Source of the DNA: Phycisphaerae bacterium | Lineage (GTDB): Bacteria; Planctomycetota; Phycisphaerae; UBA1845; Fen-1342 | Assembly (NCBI GenBank): GCA_050115495.1 | Contig: JASFQK010000037.1 | Span: forward strand, 8,600 to 72,599 | DNA: 64,000 nucleotides | Direction of reading: 5' to 3' | Shown: one piece after another, positions 1 through 9,821 of the stretch | Position numbering within the stretch: the stretch's first letter is position 1 | How the letters are laid out: each line of letters opens with the position of its first letter | Notes under the pieces: generated by a model | What the model saw: only the letters and a program-made list of their open reading frames with translations | What the model was told of the DNA's origin: nothing | Database searches by the model: none | Program-made: the position numbers and the translations under genes

Positions 1-643
1 CTGTCTCAATCACCGCCGTGCCCGCGAACGCCCCTATCCCGGCGGCGAGGACGTTGGCCAGATCGTCCTGCAAGCGGTCGTAGTCGTGAACGAGGTTTCG
101 TGACACGAACGCCGGCACGCCGACGATGCGTGACAAGCCCTCTGGATAACGGCTGCGCAGCTCCGCCACCCGCTCACTCAGCGTCGCGACGATCGGTTCG
201 GGCACGCCCGGTTCGTACGTCAAACACTCGGTCCAGATGCGAGCCCCGATCCGGGCATCGCTGACCACGATGCGCAGCAGGCGCTCATCGTCGCGCAGTT
301 CCCGGCTCAGCAGGAGCAGAGCGTCCGCGCCGAGCAGCCGCCCCAGCTTGAGACGTTGTCCAGCCCCATCGGCCTCCAGCACCGTAGCGAGGGCGAGTTC
401 GCGCGTCGCCTCCGCCACCGCCGAACGCTCGACGAGTTGGATGTCTGGCTGAGCCGCCAGCGCCACGGTGAGCAGATCCACCCACCCGGTCTGCGCCAAC
501 TCCGGCGAGCCGATGATGGCCCACCGCTGATATGGACCGGTCTCTGCACCGATCGCCGCCGCCGTGAGGACCAGGGCCAGACCAACGCCCAACAGCTTGT
601 TCACAGTGACGTTCGACCACGATTGGCTTGCGAGGTGTCTCAC
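1..643 (-). CDS. 5' part of a large secreted protein with an N-terminal CsgG/FlgT-like domain; tandem paralog of 640..5898; runs off the window
   Basis: nt 1-604 align without gaps to 5295-5898 (about 34 mismatches by manual count). GTG at 643 overlaps the upstream TGA (GTGA) with GGAGG upstream. It reads VRHLASQSWSNVTVNKLLGVGLALVLTAAAIGAETGPYQRW. Not in the ORF track because it has no stop in the window. Confidence 0.85.
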   Translation of the reverse strand, partial: MRHLASQSWSNVTVNKLLGVGLALVLTAAAIGAETGPYQRWAIIGSPELAQTGWVDLLTVALAAQPDIQLVERSAVAEATRELALATVLEADGAGQRLKLGRLLGADALLLLSRELRDDERLLRIVVSDARIGARIWTECLTYEPGVPEPIVATLSERVAELRSRYPEGLSRIVGVPAFVSRNLVHDYDRLQDDLANVLAAGIGAFAGTAVIET

Positions 644-3600
644 GACCTTCCTCCTGGTGGCGTCTCGGGACTGGGCTTCGAGGCCGGCTGGCCGGGCGGC
701 GGCGTGTTCCGCCGACTCCGCCGCGAGTCCGGAGTCTCTGGCCGCGAACAGCGCACCAGCTCTTCGGTGATGGGGAGGTCGCCCAAGTCCACGGGCGGAG
801 CGTGCGGAATGTCGTCGGTGTCCGGGACCTGCACGGTCCACGTCTTGTAGGCCCTGGGCTGACCAAACACGCGACGCTTGGACCAGACTTGCAGCCAGTA
901 TCCACCTGGGGCAACGTCGTAGAAACAGAATGCGTCGCGCTCATGGAGACGCGGTCCAGCATGCGGAATGATGTCCGCGCCATTGATCATCGTAGCCGGA
1001 GTGAGGGCGAGGCTCAGCGAGAGCTTGCGGAGATCAAGGTCGGCACCGGTGGGCGAGACCAGACGACCGGTAACACGCCGGCCGGTCGGCAGGAGCTCAA
1101 TCCGACTCACTTGGCCGGGCTCCACGGTGATGTTCATCCGGCGGTTCATCGCCGGGAAGTTACCGAGCCACATCGGTGTGAGTTGCCACTCTCCTGGCGG
1201 GATCTGCTCGAACGCGAATATCCCGTCCACACCGCTGGACGTCCGCAGTTCCCGCATTCTGGCTCTCTGCTCGCCAAATATGGGTTCGTCGGATGACTGC
1301 GTGAAGACGGCGTTGAATGCCCAGGCGTGCTGGACCAGGCCAGCGACCGGCGGCTCCGGCCATGCCGCCGCTTCCAGCCGCAGGTGGCAGGGCTCCCCCT
1401 GGCCCAGGAGGCAGTGGCCCTCGATGCGTCCCCACGGCTGCAGGACCAACGTGAGCTGGGGAGCGTCCTCTTCCACCACGGTCTCCACATAGCCGGCCGG
1501 GTGAATCGCCGCCAGGACGAATGGTGGCTGCGTGTCAGGCAGCCGGAAACGCCCCAACGCGTCGGTCAGTACGGCGGCTGTCGGTTCAGGTGCAGTCAGT
1601 GTGATGCGGCTGGCGGTGCGGGGGGGCTTGGCCCGACCCGGTTGGGTGGAGGCCGTGGTGGGGGATTCCACGGGTTCCTCGGCCGGGGGCGGGGCTTGTG
1701 CGGTCATGAGCAGCACGGAGGCATCAGGCAGCGGCTGGCCGTCCGGGCCGAGCACGACCCCGTGACGGTCGGTGTCGTCGTCCGTGTCTTCGCCCGAGCC
1801 CGGATCGCAAAGGAGGATCGTATCAGGATAGATGTCGCCGTCCGGGCGGAACCACCAGTCATCGTCCACGTACCCGGATTGGCTGAATGGCGGATAGCTG
1901 GCATCCTCAGCAGCCAGCGCGTGCAGCAGGTCCGGTACGCACTTCACCCAGGTGCGGTCGGTCGCCACCAGCTCAGGTAGCTCTTGGGCGACTTCTCTCG
2001 CTCGCTCCACGTTTCCCCGCTGGAGCAGGGCGGCCGCCCGAAAGTAGACGTAGCTGGCGTCCGTCGTGTCGGGGCTCTGTTTCGCCTGTCGCTCCCAGGC
2101 ATCACAAAGCTCGATTACCGCGGTCGATTGTCTCCCGCGGAGTAAGTAGCTGCAGGCGTCGAACAGCACCGGCTCCACCATGCACCATTCAGAGTTGTCG
2201 CGCACCAGCGGCCGACCGCCCAGTTGACCGTATTCGCTTTGCACCATGCTGTAGGCGAACGTGCCGCCGTTCAACACGGCCCAGTCAACGACCGTCTCGG
2301 CTACGTAGCGCGGGCCCGGTGCTTCCCCGCGTGGCCGATCGTCCGGCCCGAACCGTATGATATGTTCGACGGCCAACAACGCGTAGCGCGCGGCCGTGCT
2401 GCGGGGCATGGCTTTGATCCAGTCGAGAGCAGCAGCCCGGGCTTCGGCCAGCTCATTGACCTCGCACAGATAGAACAAGAGGCAACGCCGATAGAGGGCT
2501 TCGCCCGGTTCTGCCTCGACGCGCCTGACGAGCTCCTCACGCGCGCGCAAGAGGATCTCTCGGGGTGTGCTGTCCGGTGCTGGCGGAACCGGGCCCCGCC
2601 AGGGAACCAGCTGCTGGTCCCGGAGGAAGTAGCCACCCTCGTCGCACCCGCCGAACACGTACGTCCAGGTTTGCGGTCCACGTTGGCAGGTGAGCTGGTT
2701 CGCCCCTTCGGGAAACCAGGCATAGTCGATGCTCGATGGGACATCGCCGTCGAAGTACTGCGGTCGGAGTTCGGCCAGCGAGCGCGGCCACAACCCTCGT
2801 GCATCGCGCCAGCGGTAGATGCCGGTGATCAACTGGTTCATCACCTCGGGCGGGGCTGGCGGCGCGATGGCGGCGGGCAGCGTCGGCACGATTGGCGGCG
2901 GCTGCGTTGAAGCCGCCTCGTCCGTGCACAGTCGATACACTCTGCCGGCCTCGCTCCATGCCAATACGCCGAGCAATGCTGAACGGCCGTACGCCTGAAG
3001 CACGCGTTGCTCTGCGGGATAGAGCTCCTGGATGAGTCCGGATTCCTGCTCATAGCGTATCCAGGGACGCCCCGGGACATACAGCAGCCCGTGGTCTTCG
3101 ATCACGCGGCCATCAAAGGAGCGGTCTTCCGCGTCGTACAGCACACGGACAGACTGCCCCAGGCTGTCCAGGCTGAGGTGCTTCTGAAGCCGGAGTAGCG
3201 CACCGCGTGCCCAGACAACCGAGCCATCCTCCAGGAAATGGAAGGAACCGCCATATGACTCCTGGGACGATATGAACCCCGGCACGATTTCGACGCGACG
3301 CTCCTCGAAGAGGACGCGCAGATGGAAACGTCGACGCGACCCGCGCGACACGATCAGGTCGACGCGACCGGGCGAGAGTGGATAGGGCACTCGGTAGATA
3401 CGGTCCGGCCGGAACGCTGTCTGCGGACTCCACTTCTTCGGGTCCCGCTCGTCGGCACTCTCACCGTTGACCTCCTCCTGGCCGGGCTCGGTGGCTTCAT
3501 GAAACACGTCCGCGCCCACCTGGCCGTTGTCCAGCCACAGGCGAGCGATCCAGGACCGCACCGGCTTGTCCAGCGCTCCGGTCGCCAGCACTTCACCGGG

Positions 3601-5898
3601 TCCCAACGGCTCCAGGCACGCAGACCGATCGGCCGGCGGCATGCCTTCCTCGGTGGAGAGCTTCGCCACGAGCGTGCCGTCCAGCGCGAATACCTCGATA
3701 CCCAAGTGGCAGGAGATCGCCCAGATGTTCACGCCGTCAAACGCGACTGCCCGGTATACGTGTTCGTCGTCGCGCACGTGCACTTCTTCAAGCACACCGG
3801 GACGCCGCTGCACGAAGATGCCGCGCAGGGCCCAGACGATGTCGAAATCGCCGGCAGGAATGAACCCGCACACCCACCCGTACCGTTCGCACCAGCCCGT
3901 GTACCCGGCCAAACTCGGGCTGGCTAGCGGCTCCCACGTGCCGTCTCGTTTGGCGATCATCATGCGCACAGGCTGGAAGCGCATTAGCGCGGGCGGACGT
4001 GTGAGCGGGTATGAATCGCGGCGCCGCGTCCAGCGATGCTCCTGCAACTTGGGTTTGAGCTTGGAGCGGTGCATCGCAATTCGCGATCGCAGTTGTTGCG
4101 TCGACCGCGAGGCGGTCTCCTCTGGATTGCGGTCCAGCCACGCATCGAGTTCCGCGAGGACGGCTGGTGTGTCGCGTGGCAGACCCTCGGCGTCATAGGT
4201 TGCTCCGAGAAGAAGCAGACCTTCCTCGACACGAGACTGTACTTGCGGGTTGTCGGCCTCTGCGGCGAGCGACTCCCAGAAAGCACGCAGTTCGGCGACG
4301 CTGAACTCACGCGCGACGTCTGGATCGCTGGTGATTCGCAGAGGTGTATCCAGGACCTCTGGCGTCGACAGCTCCGGGCCGAAACGGATGACGAACTCGC
4401 GTATGCGCTCGAGCTTCGCTCGGCTGTAGCAGGACGGCACATCGTACGGATGGTACTCCGGGATGCTGACGCACGCTTTGGCCCACGTCGTCTCCGTCTG
4501 GGACGCCGTCTTCGTGCCATCCAGCGGCAGTTGGCGCACAAGCGGCAAGACCTCCTGCACGAACCGCCGGTGCAGGCGCGTGCATTCCTCCCCCAGCGGT
4601 TCGAGCGGCGCCAGGACCTCCGCGGGATAGCGAGGGAATGGGCTGCGTCCGTTGCGCGTGTCGGGAACCGTCCTGAAGAACCTGGAAAGCCCGTCGTCCA
4701 GTTGCTCGTATAGCCGAAGAGTCACTTCCTGCGAGATGGCGCCTTGTCGAATGAGCTGCTCCAGCAGCTCCACGCTGCGCCGCCAGCGCCCGATGCGCCT
4801 GTACCAGTCTTGAATGGCCGTTTCCGGCGGGATCAAGTGCCACCGCGGCGGTTGTTCGTGTGGCACGAGTTTGATGTACTCGTCGATGATCTCTTGGGCC
4901 AACTTGACGGAGTCTGGTTTCAGCAGCAGCGCCGCTTCGTGCAAAGCGACAGCACGCCGCAGGTCCCCGAGCCGGGCGAAGCTGTCCGCTTGCCGGGTCA
5001 GAAGCGAGACCTGCTCATCGATCGACAGGCCGGGCCCGGCGGTCGCCGCCCCAAGCAGCTCGGTGGACAACTCGCGCTGTAGCGCCTCCACGCCGCTGGC
5101 GACGCTGTCGTATCGCCGCTCCACTGTCCGTTCCGGCTCGCTGCCGCCGCTGACTTGCAGCCAGAGCGTTAGCGCCCCACGCTCGTCGCCCATCTCCTCG
5201 ACCCGGTAATCGCCGCGGATGAAGAGCGGCACGACGTGTTCGGCCAGCTCCGTGCCCGAAATGGCCAACTCGTGGGCGATGGCCTCGGCCTCCTCCGTCT
5301 CAATCACCGCCGTACCCGCGAACGCCCCTATCCCGGCGGCGAGGACGTTGGCCAAATCGTCCTGCAAGCGGTCATAGTCGTGAACGAGATTTCGTGACAC
5401 AAACGCCGGTACGCCGACGATGCGTGACAAGCCCTCTGGATAGCGATTGCGCAGCTCCGCCACCCGCTCACTCAGCGTCGCGACGACTGGCTCGGGCACG
5501 CCCGGTTCGTACGTCAGGCACTCGGTCCAGATGCGGGCCCCGATCCGGGCGTCGCTGACCACGATGCGCAGCAGGCGCTCATCGTCGCGCAGTTCCCGGC
5601 TCAGCAGGAGCAGAGCGTCCGCGCCGAGCAGCCGCCCCAGCTTGAGACGCTGTCCAGCGCCGTCAGCCTCCAGCACCGTAGCGAGGGCGAGTTCGCGCGT
5701 CGCCTCCGCCACCGCCGACCGCTCGACGAGTTGGATGTCTGGCTGGGCCGCCAGCGCCACGGTGAGCAGATCCACCCACCCGGTTCGCGCCAGCTCCGGC
5801 GAGCCGATAATGGCCCACCGCTGATACGGACCGGTCTCTGCCCCAACCGCCGCCGCGGCAAGGACCAGGGCCAGACCAACGCCCAACAGCTTGTTCAC
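640..5898 (-). CDS. Large (~1750 aa) secreted multidomain protein: CsgG-like N-terminus, helical/TPR-like regions, C-terminal carboxypeptidase-regulatory-like (prealbumin-fold) repeats
   Basis: Signal peptide VNKLLGVGLALVLAAAAVGA. CsgG-like motif IQLVERSAVAEATRELAL...LKLGRLLGADALL. C-terminal GVVLGPDGQPLPDASV and TDALGRFRL motifs. Start moved to GTG 5898, where homology with the paralog begins (GGGAG 9 nt upstream). Confidence 0.8.
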   Translation of the reverse strand: MNKLLGVGLALVLAAAAVGAETGPYQRWAIIGSPELARTGWVDLLTVALAAQPDIQLVERSAVAEATRELALATVLEADGAGQRLKLGRLLGADALLLLSRELRDDERLLRIVVSDARIGARIWTECLTYEPGVPEPVVATLSERVAELRNRYPEGLSRIVGVPAFVSRNLVHDYDRLQDDLANVLAAGIGAFAGTAVIETEEAEAIAHELAISGTELAEHVVPLFIRGDYRVEEMGDERGALTLWLQVSGGSEPERTVERRYDSVASGVEALQRELSTELLGAATAGPGLSIDEQVSLLTRQADSFARLGDLRRAVALHEAALLLKPDSVKLAQEIIDEYIKLVPHEQPPRWHLIPPETAIQDWYRRIGRWRRSVELLEQLIRQGAISQEVTLRLYEQLDDGLSRFFRTVPDTRNGRSPFPRYPAEVLAPLEPLGEECTRLHRRFVQEVLPLVRQLPLDGTKTASQTETTWAKACVSIPEYHPYDVPSCYSRAKLERIREFVIRFGPELSTPEVLDTPLRITSDPDVAREFSVAELRAFWESLAAEADNPQVQSRVEEGLLLLGATYDAEGLPRDTPAVLAELDAWLDRNPEETASRSTQQLRSRIAMHRSKLKPKLQEHRWTRRRDSYPLTRPPALMRFQPVRMMIAKRDGTWEPLASPSLAGYTGWCERYGWVCGFIPAGDFDIVWALRGIFVQRRPGVLEEVHVRDDEHVYRAVAFDGVNIWAISCHLGIEVFALDGTLVAKLSTEEGMPPADRSACLEPLGPGEVLATGALDKPVRSWIARLWLDNGQVGADVFHEATEPGQEEVNGESADERDPKKWSPQTAFRPDRIYRVPYPLSPGRVDLIVSRGSRRRFHLRVLFEERRVEIVPGFISSQESYGGSFHFLEDGSVVWARGALLRLQKHLSLDSLGQSVRVLYDAEDRSFDGRVIEDHGLLYVPGRPWIRYEQESGLIQELYPAEQRVLQAYGRSALLGVLAWSEAGRVYRLCTDEAASTQPPPIVPTLPAAIAPPAPPEVMNQLITGIYRWRDARGLWPRSLAELRPQYFDGDVPSSIDYAWFPEGANQLTCQRGPQTWTYVFGGCDEGGYFLRDQQLVPWRGPVPPAPDSTPREILLRAREELVRRVEAEPGEALYRRCLLFYLCEVNELAEARAAALDWIKAMPRSTAARYALLAVEHIIRFGPDDRPRGEAPGPRYVAETVVDWAVLNGGTFAYSMVQSEYGQLGGRPLVRDNSEWCMVEPVLFDACSYLLRGRQSTAVIELCDAWERQAKQSPDTTDASYVYFRAAALLQRGNVERAREVAQELPELVATDRTWVKCVPDLLHALAAEDASYPPFSQSGYVDDDWWFRPDGDIYPDTILLCDPGSGEDTDDDTDRHGVVLGPDGQPLPDASVLLMTAQAPPPAEEPVESPTTASTQPGRAKPPRTASRITLTAPEPTAAVLTDALGRFRLPDTQPPFVLAAIHPAGYVETVVEEDAPQLTLVLQPWGRIEGHCLLGQGEPCHLRLEAAAWPEPPVAGLVQHAWAFNAVFTQSSDEPIFGEQRARMRELRTSSGVDGIFAFEQIPPGEWQLTPMWLGNFPAMNRRMNITVEPGQVSRIELLPTGRRVTGRLVSPTGADLDLRKLSLSLALTPATMINGADIIPHAGPRLHERDAFCFYDVAPGGYWLQVWSKRRVFGQPRAYKTWTVQVPDTDDIPHAPPVDLGDLPITEELVRCSRPETPDSRRSRRNTPPPGQPASKPSPETPPGGRS

Positions 5899-6007
5899 GA
5901 TGCTGCACTCCCGGCCACGTTGCACGTTGGACGATGGCCCCAGTCGCGGAAGGGGTGATCCTCCCCGGGCGGTCCTTTCTGCGCCGCCACCTTCAATCCT
6001 GCCCGCG

Positions 6008-7183
6008 TCAGGGCGCGTTGGCCGACTCACGGGGCAGGCTGCGCTGGAAGTGCTCCAGCACGCGCACGCCCAGCACGCGGCCGGCTTTCTCCAAGGCCTT
6101 CTTGGCGGCGATGTTTTCCGACAGATCGACAGCACGCTCCGTAGTGCGGTCGGCGAGGACGATGCGGCCGCTCGTCCGGTCGATCACGTTGATCTCGACG
6201 CGGGCGGCACAGCTCAGCAGGTTGCCGATGCGGGCGGCGAACTCGCTGAACCCCTCGCCGACGATGACGCAATCGACGCCGGCCAGGGTGCGCGGCCAGC
6301 TCCCCGGACCATTCTTGCGCAGCGCACGTGCAAAGTCGGCCAGCTCATTCTGCGGCACATCTTTCACCGTGAAGCCGCACTCCCGCAGCAACAGCTTGAT
6401 TTCGGTCTCCACCGCCGGATCAGGCACCTGTCGCGCCGGTACCCGCGCGTGCTGTTCCGGGATGATCACGGCGATCACGGGCTTGCGGACGCCGGCTAGG
6501 CTCGCCTTGAGTCCGGGCAGTGGATCGCGCGTGGTGTCCTCATCGGCGACCAGCCGAGGCCCGACCTCGCGCAGACGCTGGGCCACCTTGGCGGCGAGCT
6601 CCATGACGAGTTCGCCCATGTCGGCGTCACCCTCTTTCTTCACGAGGACACCGTCGACGAGGCTCGTCTCAGTGCCGATCAGCTTGGCGGTGATGAACGT
6701 CTGCTGGCCCATGACGAATGCCTTGCCGACCACCAGTAGCCGCGCGCCGACCACCTTGCCGACCTTCACCGCTTGCTCGGTCTCGACCACGCCGCTCAGG
6801 TTCAGCTCCAGTTCCTGCAACGCGCGTGGCAACGTGGCCCGGTCGACCAGGCGAAAGCCGCGTTCGCCGGAGAGCATGATCGCCAGTGTCTCGCCGATCT
6901 GCTTGCCCAGATTGGGCTCGCCTGGCGTGCTCGAGTCAAAATCGAGCACGGCGACGGTGAGTTCGGCTTGCGGCCGGCTGGTTGGCCCGGGCTGCGTGGC
7001 CGTCGGCGGGCCGGCCTGGCCGTGTGTGGGAATCGCCGCGACGGCTGCAAGCACGTACAAGCAGAACGTCGTGCACCAAACGCTCGCCCCCGATCCTGTC
7101 CATCGTCTCATCACAACCCCCTGTGTCGTTTTCGGATGCTCCCCGGCGACGTGCGGCCGGGATTCGCTCGCGCAGTGTCTCAC
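6008..7183 (-). CDS. CsgG/HfaB/FlgO-like periplasmic protein with two alpha/beta domains
   Basis: TVAVLDFD...GFRLVDRATLPRALQELELNLSGVVETEQAVKVGKVVGARLLVVG is typical of the CsgG family. GTG 7183 is coupled to the upstream stop; ATG 7111 is an alternative start. Confidence 0.8.
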   Translation of the reverse strand: MRHCASESRPHVAGEHPKTTQGVVMRRWTGSGASVWCTTFCLYVLAAVAAIPTHGQAGPPTATQPGPTSRPQAELTVAVLDFDSSTPGEPNLGKQIGETLAIMLSGERGFRLVDRATLPRALQELELNLSGVVETEQAVKVGKVVGARLLVVGKAFVMGQQTFITAKLIGTETSLVDGVLVKKEGDADMGELVMELAAKVAQRLREVGPRLVADEDTTRDPLPGLKASLAGVRKPVIAVIIPEQHARVPARQVPDPAVETEIKLLLRECGFTVKDVPQNELADFARALRKNGPGSWPRTLAGVDCVIVGEGFSEFAARIGNLLSCAARVEINVIDRTSGRIVLADRTTERAVDLSENIAAKKALEKAGRVLGVRVLEHFQRSLPRESANAP

Positions 7184-8214
7184 GACCCACCTCCTGGCGG
7201 GATGTTGATAACGGGCATCGACGCCGGCTGGCTGGCCGGCGTCGCGGACCGCCGGCTCGGCGGCGGCGTCGGCTCCGGGCGGGTGAGCAGGTAGTCCAAC
7301 GCGTTCCTCAGGAACAACTGCGCACGCGGATCGTCCGCCCACGCCCCGAACGGAAGCTGACAGAGCACCAACCGACCGGCTCCGAGCTGCTTGCTGACCA
7401 GCAGGGCGTCGATCGGTACGGGGTCACGTCCGCCGACTTCGCGCGACCAGTATACGATCTCCAGGGCCGGTTCGTCCGCCGGCAGTTGCACCGCCGACAG
7501 CGCCGGCCCGGGCGGCTCGTACAGGCTGGCCACGTCTTGGGGCTGCAGGTCACTCAGCAGCAGGTGCTCGCCGTGTGCCAGCAGCCGTCCGGTTCGCGGC
7601 CGCCGGGCTACGGGGTAACCGGCCAGCCGCGCCATCCGCGTCTGTGCGCAGGCCAAAACGCTCGCCCCGGCGGACGCCTGATGAAGCAACGGCTCCTCAT
7701 CGAACGCACCGATCAACGCGTCCGCGCCAAGCAGAATAACGTCTGCCTTCGCCAGACGCAGTTGCCCCGAATCCGAGGCGAGCGTGTGGGGAATCCCGTT
7801 GGCTGTGAGCAGGTCGGCCAGCCCTTCGTCGGCGCAGACCAGCAGCCGCCTGGCTCCGACACGCTCGCCCACGCCGGCCAGGAGATCCGTCGGATACGTG
7901 TGGATGGTCCGTTCGCCGCGGTCCAGCAACTGGCCATTGTCCTGTCGGCGAAGCTCGTATGACCAGCGCAGCTCCGACCGGGTCCGCGCTTCGGGGGGAG
8001 TAATCGTCAACTCGCCGGGGCTGCCGCCCGTGGGCAGGGATAGCTCACCGCTGGCCAGTTGGATCCCCGACAGGCTGAGCTGCCAGCTCAGCACGGCGGG
8101 CGGCAGGTTCTCCTGCTGTACCGCCCACTCCACGGCAATACTGCCGGGGCGTCCCCCGAACCAGTGCCCGTGATTGGACATCACGACGAGCAGGGCGATG
8201 ACGGCTGGCTTCAT
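7180..8214 (-). CDS. Hypothetical exported protein (344 aa)
   Basis: Long ORF translationally coupled on both sides (ATGA/GTGA overlaps) with GGAGG SD and a short hydrophobic N-terminus. Confidence 0.75.
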   Translation of the reverse strand: MKPAVIALLVVMSNHGHWFGGRPGSIAVEWAVQQENLPPAVLSWQLSLSGIQLASGELSLPTGGSPGELTITPPEARTRSELRWSYELRRQDNGQLLDRGERTIHTYPTDLLAGVGERVGARRLLVCADEGLADLLTANGIPHTLASDSGQLRLAKADVILLGADALIGAFDEEPLLHQASAGASVLACAQTRMARLAGYPVARRPRTGRLLAHGEHLLLSDLQPQDVASLYEPPGPALSAVQLPADEPALEIVYWSREVGGRDPVPIDALLVSKQLGAGRLVLCQLPFGAWADDPRAQLFLRNALDYLLTRPEPTPPPSRRSATPASQPASMPVINIPPGGGS

Positions 8215-9077
8215 GGCCGGCCACCTCCTTCGCTCCGTGCGCTGGCGACGGCCAACGCATACTCACCCTGCCGCGTAAGCACCTGACCCGCCGCACAGAC
8301 CTCCCCGGGCCGAATACACAGGTCTGAACCGACGGCGCCAAGGGCTTCGCCCTGGTCTTGGCGCCCCAGGAATTCTGCATAGATGCTCAGGTGAGCCGGG
8401 TCGTCGGCGGACGTGGCCAGCAGATAGCGCACGTTCTCGCCGTCATCCAGCGGCAGCGTCAGTTCCGCCGAGTGACCCGGCACAATGACCATGTCCGTCT
8501 GGGACACAACCGCGTTTCCCCGCAACAACGCCAGACGCAGCAGCATCAGGTTGTCCGGTGCCTTGTCCGGCTCGGCGGCCAGCCCCAGGTCGGATGCCCC
8601 TGGTGCGATGGCGACCCAACTCGCCCTATCGTCGAAGACGCCGGCGACCTGCCGGAACGTCGCCACACGGTTGTCGATCTCGGCGGGGCTGAACGCCAGC
8701 GTGGCCGTGGGTGGCGCTTCGTTCGAGAGCATCGGCGCCGCCGACCGCGGCACCGCCTGCCAGCCGAGCAGAACACCCAGCAGCAGGGCGGCGGCGAGGG
8801 CGAGCGGGTGCTGCCAGATGCGTCCTGGCCGACGTAAGGCGGTCTTGGTCAGACGGGCTTCAAAGGCCGCCCAGCCGTCCGCCGGTTCGTCGGGGATCTC
8901 GGTGGCCGCCGGATCCCCCCCGTGATCCAGCGACGCTCGGATCTGGTCGTAGTCGCGGACGGCGGCGGCACATTCGGCGTCCTCCTCGGCCCATTGCAGG
9001 GCTACCGCCACACGTCGGCGTTCCTCTGCGTCCCAGCCGTAGTCCAGAATGAGTTGCTTGGCGATTTCAGCATTCAT
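8211..9077 (-). CDS. Putative anti-sigma factor (single-pass membrane protein)
   Basis: Directly downstream of and overlapping the ECF sigma. Short helical N-terminal domain, then a TM segment PLALAAALLLGVLLGW, then a periplasmic domain. Confidence 0.7.
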   Translation of the reverse strand: MNAEIAKQLILDYGWDAEERRRVAVALQWAEEDAECAAAVRDYDQIRASLDHGGDPAATEIPDEPADGWAAFEARLTKTALRRPGRIWQHPLALAAALLLGVLLGWQAVPRSAAPMLSNEAPPTATLAFSPAEIDNRVATFRQVAGVFDDRASWVAIAPGASDLGLAAEPDKAPDNLMLLRLALLRGNAVVSQTDMVIVPGHSAELTLPLDDGENVRYLLATSADDPAHLSIYAEFLGRQDQGEALGAVGSDLCIRPGEVCAAGQVLTRQGEYALAVASARSEGGGRP

Positions 9078-9636
9078 GGCCGCCGACCTCCAGGGTCGTC
9101 GCCGCATCGGCTGTGAGCTGGCGGCGTAGCTGTTCCATCCCGTGGTACAACCGCCGGGAGACTTCCGCGGCGCTGCACCCGAGCATTTCCTTCACTTCGT
9201 TCCCCGATAGCCCGTGCATGACGCGCAGGACGAGCACCGCGCGGGTCGCGTCCGGTAGTGTATCCAGGCCGGCGAGCAGGGCCTCGTGGACCGTCGTGTC
9301 CGGCGGCGACGGATCCCGGTGGGTGCCACCCGGTGCGGCCGGCCCTTGCACGCCGCGTGAGAGTGCTGTCTGCGCCAGCGTCCGTTCCTGAACCTTTCGC
9401 CGGCGGAGCAGGCAGAGGCTCTCGTTTACGACCACACGCGTCAGCCACGCTTTCAAATGGTCGGGGGCGGAACCGCCGGTCACCTGCTGGCAGGCCTTCA
9501 GGAACGCCTGTTGGCAGACGTCCTCCGCGGCGTGCCGGTCCTTCAGGATGCCGGCGGCCACCCGGAACAACGCTCGCCCATGGGTTGCACTAAGTTCGGC
9601 GAGAGCCTGACGCCCCGACATCAACGCGTACTCCAC
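9067..9636 (-). CDS. ECF-type RNA polymerase sigma-70 factor
   Basis: Region 2 AEDVCQQAFLKA...LKAWLTRVVVNESL and region 4 LPDATRAVLVLRVMHGLSGNEVKEMLGCSAAEVSRRLYHG. Confidence 0.92.
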   Translation of the reverse strand: MEYALMSGRQALAELSATHGRALFRVAAGILKDRHAAEDVCQQAFLKACQQVTGGSAPDHLKAWLTRVVVNESLCLLRRRKVQERTLAQTALSRGVQGPAAPGGTHRDPSPPDTTVHEALLAGLDTLPDATRAVLVLRVMHGLSGNEVKEMLGCSAAEVSRRLYHGMEQLRRQLTADAATTLEVGGHEC

Positions 9637-9821
9637 GTGGAGTTGTCTCTCCTGGCAGCCTCATTCTAGTGGATGCGCGAGGGCCGGCGTTTTTTGGGGC
9701 GCGTCACGGAATTTCGGGGAGCTCGGGAAGCGGGTTGGGTCCCGCCGACGCCAGCGGCAGCAGCAACCGCACGGTGGCGGGAGGGCCGCACCGTCAACGT
9801 ATCCGCCTATTGGGCGGGCGG

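Noticed and set aside
1..5898. Diversity-generating retroelement (TR/VR pair) explanation for the 604-bp repeat
   Set aside because: Mismatches are not adenine-specific, the repeat covers the 5' end of both genes, and there is no reverse transcriptase in the window.
5899..6135. N-terminal extensions given in the ORF track (also for ORFs ending at 7342, 11108, 20298, 24994, 42815, 45726, 47413, 55108 and 61553)
   Set aside because: They overlap neighbouring genes or promoters; downstream starts have SD sequences, signal peptides or matching promoter geometry.
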